Shown: piece by piece, positions 61,607 to 64,000 of the stretch
Layout of the letters: each line of letters begins with the position of its first letter
Position numbering within the stretch: the stretch's first letter is position 1
NCBI GenBank assembly: GCA_963802335.1
Contig: CAWDIE010000002.1
Location: 172,629-236,628 of the forward strand
DNA from: an uncultured Planctomycetota bacterium
GTDB taxonomy: Bacteria > Planctomycetota > PLA2 > JAEUHO01
Direction of reading: 5' to 3'
Length of the DNA: 64,000 bases
Made by a program: the position numbers and the translations under genes
The notes under the pieces: generated by a model
Database searches by the model: none
What the model saw: only the letters and a program-made list of their open reading frames with translations
What the model was told of the DNA's origin: nothing

Positions 61607-63322
61607 CTAGTTACCGACGGGGAAGGGGTTCCCACCCGGGTAGCCGATGGCCTCCCACTCGACGAGACCCGGGGCGTGGCAGTCGGCGCAGCTGTTGCCG
61701 TTGCCCAGCGCGTCTTCCTTCGGGGCGACCTCGTGGTTCACCGTCAGGTACATCACGGTGTCGACCCACTGAATGCTGCCGCTGAAGTCGGGCTGCCCGT
61801 TGTAGTCGGCGCCTTCGGCGAGGGCCGGACCCCACTCGTAGCCCTTCCAGTACGCGTCCGTGTCGTCGGCGTTGTAGGGGAAGAGGTGGGGGACGAGGAC
61901 CGTGAGGCTCTTCTGGTCGGCGGCCTGGTTCCCGATCATCTTCTTGAAGGGGTAGAGCATGATGCCCCCGTCCATCGGGTCCGCCGCGGGGGCGCCGAGG
62001 ACGACGGGGGCGGTCTTGTCGGCCGGGTTCATGAAGCCGTCGTTGCCAACGAACGCCCGGTTCCACTTGCCGTCGAAGCGACGGAGCACGGGCCGGTAGT
62101 CCTTCGCCCAGACGAAGTCGCCCTTCATCACGTTGTAGTCGGGCATGCCGTTCTCATCGAGGACGGGCTCGCGGTCGGCGTCGCCGGCCGTTTCCCAGTA
62201 CCACTCGACCTTGGTCGGCGTGAAGCGTGCGATCGCGGGGATGTGGCAGACCTGGCAGGCCAGCGTCGAGTGCGAGTTCACCACGGTGTTCTCGTGGTTG
62301 GGGTTCGGGTGGCAGTCACGGCACCCCTGCATGTTGCCTTCGTCCGTGTGGTGGATGGGCATGCCGCCGACACCGTGGTCGACGACTTCGTGGCAGCGCT
62401 GGCAGGCGAAGTTGCCTCCGTCGGTCGCCATGTGCACGTCGTACTTACGCGAGGTGTCGAGCAGGTTCATGGCGATGTCGCCGTGCTTGACGTTGTCGCC
62501 ACCACCGGCCTTCGCGTGGCAGGGGAGGCAGCCGTAGCGGCCGGGCGAACCGACGGCCTTGGCGATCTCGTTCAGGTCGAGCGTCGCGACGGGGGCGCCG
62601 GCCTTCTTGGGGTCCTTGGCGTAGGTGTTGGTCGTGTCGTGGCAGACCAGGCAGTCGAGGCCGGAGGGATCGTCGAAGTCGTAGTCGACGTTCGCGGCCC
62701 AGCCGATGCCGATGTGGCACTGCGTGCAGCGGGCCTCGTTCGAGCCGATGGCGATGCAGAAGTTGTTGATCAGGTTGGTCTTGCCGACCATGTCGTTCTC
62801 GTAGCCCTCGACGTTGTTGTCGTCGCCTTCCCATAGCCAGTGGCCGGTGTCGATGAGGTCCATGCCGGCGTCCATGTGGCACGTGAGGCAGGAGTCGGTG
62901 TCGACGTAGGCGTTGGCCGTGAAGTAGGGGTCGTGACCCTGGAAGATGGTGCAGTCGGCATCATCGTCGTCGGTCTGATCGGCCGTGTCCGTAGCGACGG
63001 CCAAGAACGTGCTGTCGGCGTAGACCGTGCCCGTGGAGTCCCACATCATCTCGTAGGGGGCGGTCGCGTCGATGCCGACGGACACGCCGTCCACGAAGAA
63101 CTCGACCTGCGTAACGCCGTTGTCGTCGATCGCGTTGGCGGCGATCTGGACCATGCCGGCCAGCAGCTGGCCGTTGACGGGAGCCGTCAGCGTGACGACG
63201 GGGTCGGTATCGACGGGCGGAAGGGGCGGAAAGAACGGGTCGTCATCGCTGCTCCCGCAGCCGGCCAGGAGCGGCGCGGCCACGACGAGAACGGCGAAGA
63301 GCGCCAGATGCGAGCGTCGCAT
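61607..63322 (-). CDS. otr: Octaheme tetrathionate reductase (OTR) family cytochrome c; lipoprotein with N-terminal Ig-like domain
   Basis: Lipobox LAGC; Ig-like VEFFVDG...TAPY..WDST; eight CxxCH; HWLW, GKTNLINNFC, GGGDNVKHGD, DVHM and NHEVAPKEDAL signatures. Confidence 0.93.
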   Translation of the reverse strand: MRRSHLALFAVLVVAAPLLAGCGSSDDDPFFPPLPPVDTDPVVTLTAPVNGQLLAGMVQIAANAIDDNGVTQVEFFVDGVSVGIDATAPYEMMWDSTGTVYADSTFLAVATDTADQTDDDDADCTIFQGHDPYFTANAYVDTDSCLTCHMDAGMDLIDTGHWLWEGDDNNVEGYENDMVGKTNLINNFCIAIGSNEARCTQCHIGIGWAANVDYDFDDPSGLDCLVCHDTTNTYAKDPKKAGAPVATLDLNEIAKAVGSPGRYGCLPCHAKAGGGDNVKHGDIAMNLLDTSRKYDVHMATDGGNFACQRCHEVVDHGVGGMPIHHTDEGNMQGCRDCHPNPNHENTVVNSHSTLACQVCHIPAIARFTPTKVEWYWETAGDADREPVLDENGMPDYNVMKGDFVWAKDYRPVLRRFDGKWNRAFVGNDGFMNPADKTAPVVLGAPAADPMDGGIMLYPFKKMIGNQAADQKSLTVLVPHLFPYNADDTDAYWKGYEWGPALAEGADYNGQPDFSGSIQWVDTVMYLTVNHEVAPKEDALGNGNSCADCHAPGLVEWEAIGYPGGNPFPVGN

Positions 63323-63752
63323 TGGATGTCTCCTGCTGTGGCGAAAAGTGCCTTGAAACGGGGATCGACGAGGCCTTGGGGCCAGCGCGGCCGCGTGTCT
63401 CGCACGCCGTCGAGTGCCCGTCGGGTCTCCTGTCGCTAGGGAATCTAGGTAGTGCTTCCCACCTGGCAACGATTACCAGCCGCAGGCAATTGGCCCGAAT
63501 TCAGGCAAAATCCTGCGAATAACTCGCAGTTCAGATTAGCCGAGGCGCGCGCCACGAATCCTCGCGGGGCGACGGCTGGATGCGGGGCGCGGCTTGGCGG
63601 GCCGGCCAAGCCCGCCGAAGAGGAATTGAAATTTCCCGCATCCAAATCACAGCCAACGTACCGAATCCGGGGGTCGACCGGCCGATCCATAGGTGGTGCG
63701 GATCGTCGGCAACGTGAAGGGCGATTCTCGAACCAGTTCTGAGTCTTTGTGC

Positions 63753-64000
63753 TCAGGATCGATGGGTCGGGGCGCGCGAATCGGGCCGTCCGGACCGGCG
63801 CCGGCGCCGGGCTCCGAGCAGGACGCCCAGGCCGCTCGCCATCAGGGCGAGACTCGCCGGCTCCGGTACGACCGGAGCGGCGAACACCCCCGGACTGGGC
63901 GCCTTGAGGCGCAGGAAGTCCGCGTCGTTGTCCCCCGTGTCCGTGCTGAAGGCGTCCCGCGAGAGGCTGAAACCCGCCGAGACGTCCGGGGCCCACAGTC
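63753..64000 (-). CDS. 3' end of a PEP-CTERM protein (5' part outside the window; absent from the ORF track)
   Basis: Manual translation: ...SLSRDAFSTDTGDNDADFLRLKAPSPG...VPEPASLALMASGLGVLLGARRRRR...stop. Confidence 0.85.
   Translation of the reverse strand, partial: LWAPDVSAGFSLSRDAFSTDTGDNDADFLRLKAPSPGVFAAPVVPEPASLALMASGLGVLLGARRRRRSGRPDSRAPTHRS

Noticed and set aside
63330-63750. Riboswitch or FNR box in the otr leader
   Set aside because: No c-di-GMP or other riboswitch core, and no TTGAT-N4-ATCAA, recognisable by eye.
1-64000. tRNA (including tRNA-Sec), rRNA, transposase, integrase or prophage genes
   Set aside because: None recognised by eye, so the Sec machinery must lie elsewhere; a tRNAscan/Infernal run would be needed to exclude small RNAs.

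Overview
A 64-kb, very GC-rich, gene-dense bacterial chromosome segment. PEP-CTERM proteins, HEAT-repeat lipoproteins, a kinase-ATPase-TPR protein and carboxypeptidase-regulatory-like secreted proteins suggest a diderm, perhaps Planctomycetota-like organism (inference). Scattered single-base frameshifts look like uncorrected long-read assembly errors. Recognisable content: bcp, yjbQ, uppP, anmK, dut, deoC, an iscS-like gene, iscA/erpA, trxB, thiI, an 11-gene nuoABCDHIJKLMN operon without nuoEFG, an Opp/Dpp-type ABC transporter, a GAF-PAS adenylate cyclase and two octaheme c-type cytochrome lipoproteins. I saw no rRNA, tRNA, CRISPR array or mobile element. Main discoveries: (1) two adjacent, convergent candidate selenoprotein genes that the ORF track truncates, each with an in-frame TGA followed by a SECIS-like hairpin: a small membrane protein (9122-9487) and a secreted HMA-domain protein with GMG-U-GPC (9587-10192). 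They lie near a divergent octaheme cytochrome and a Cys-rich PAS-LuxR regulator. (2) An IscS homolog that has lost its PLP-binding residues but keeps the persulfide cysteine. (3) A complex I lacking the NADH module, whose NuoL carries a 26-residue helix duplication typical of '2M' complexes although only one nuoM is present, followed by a repeat-tailed protein. All calls are by eye; no database searches were run.
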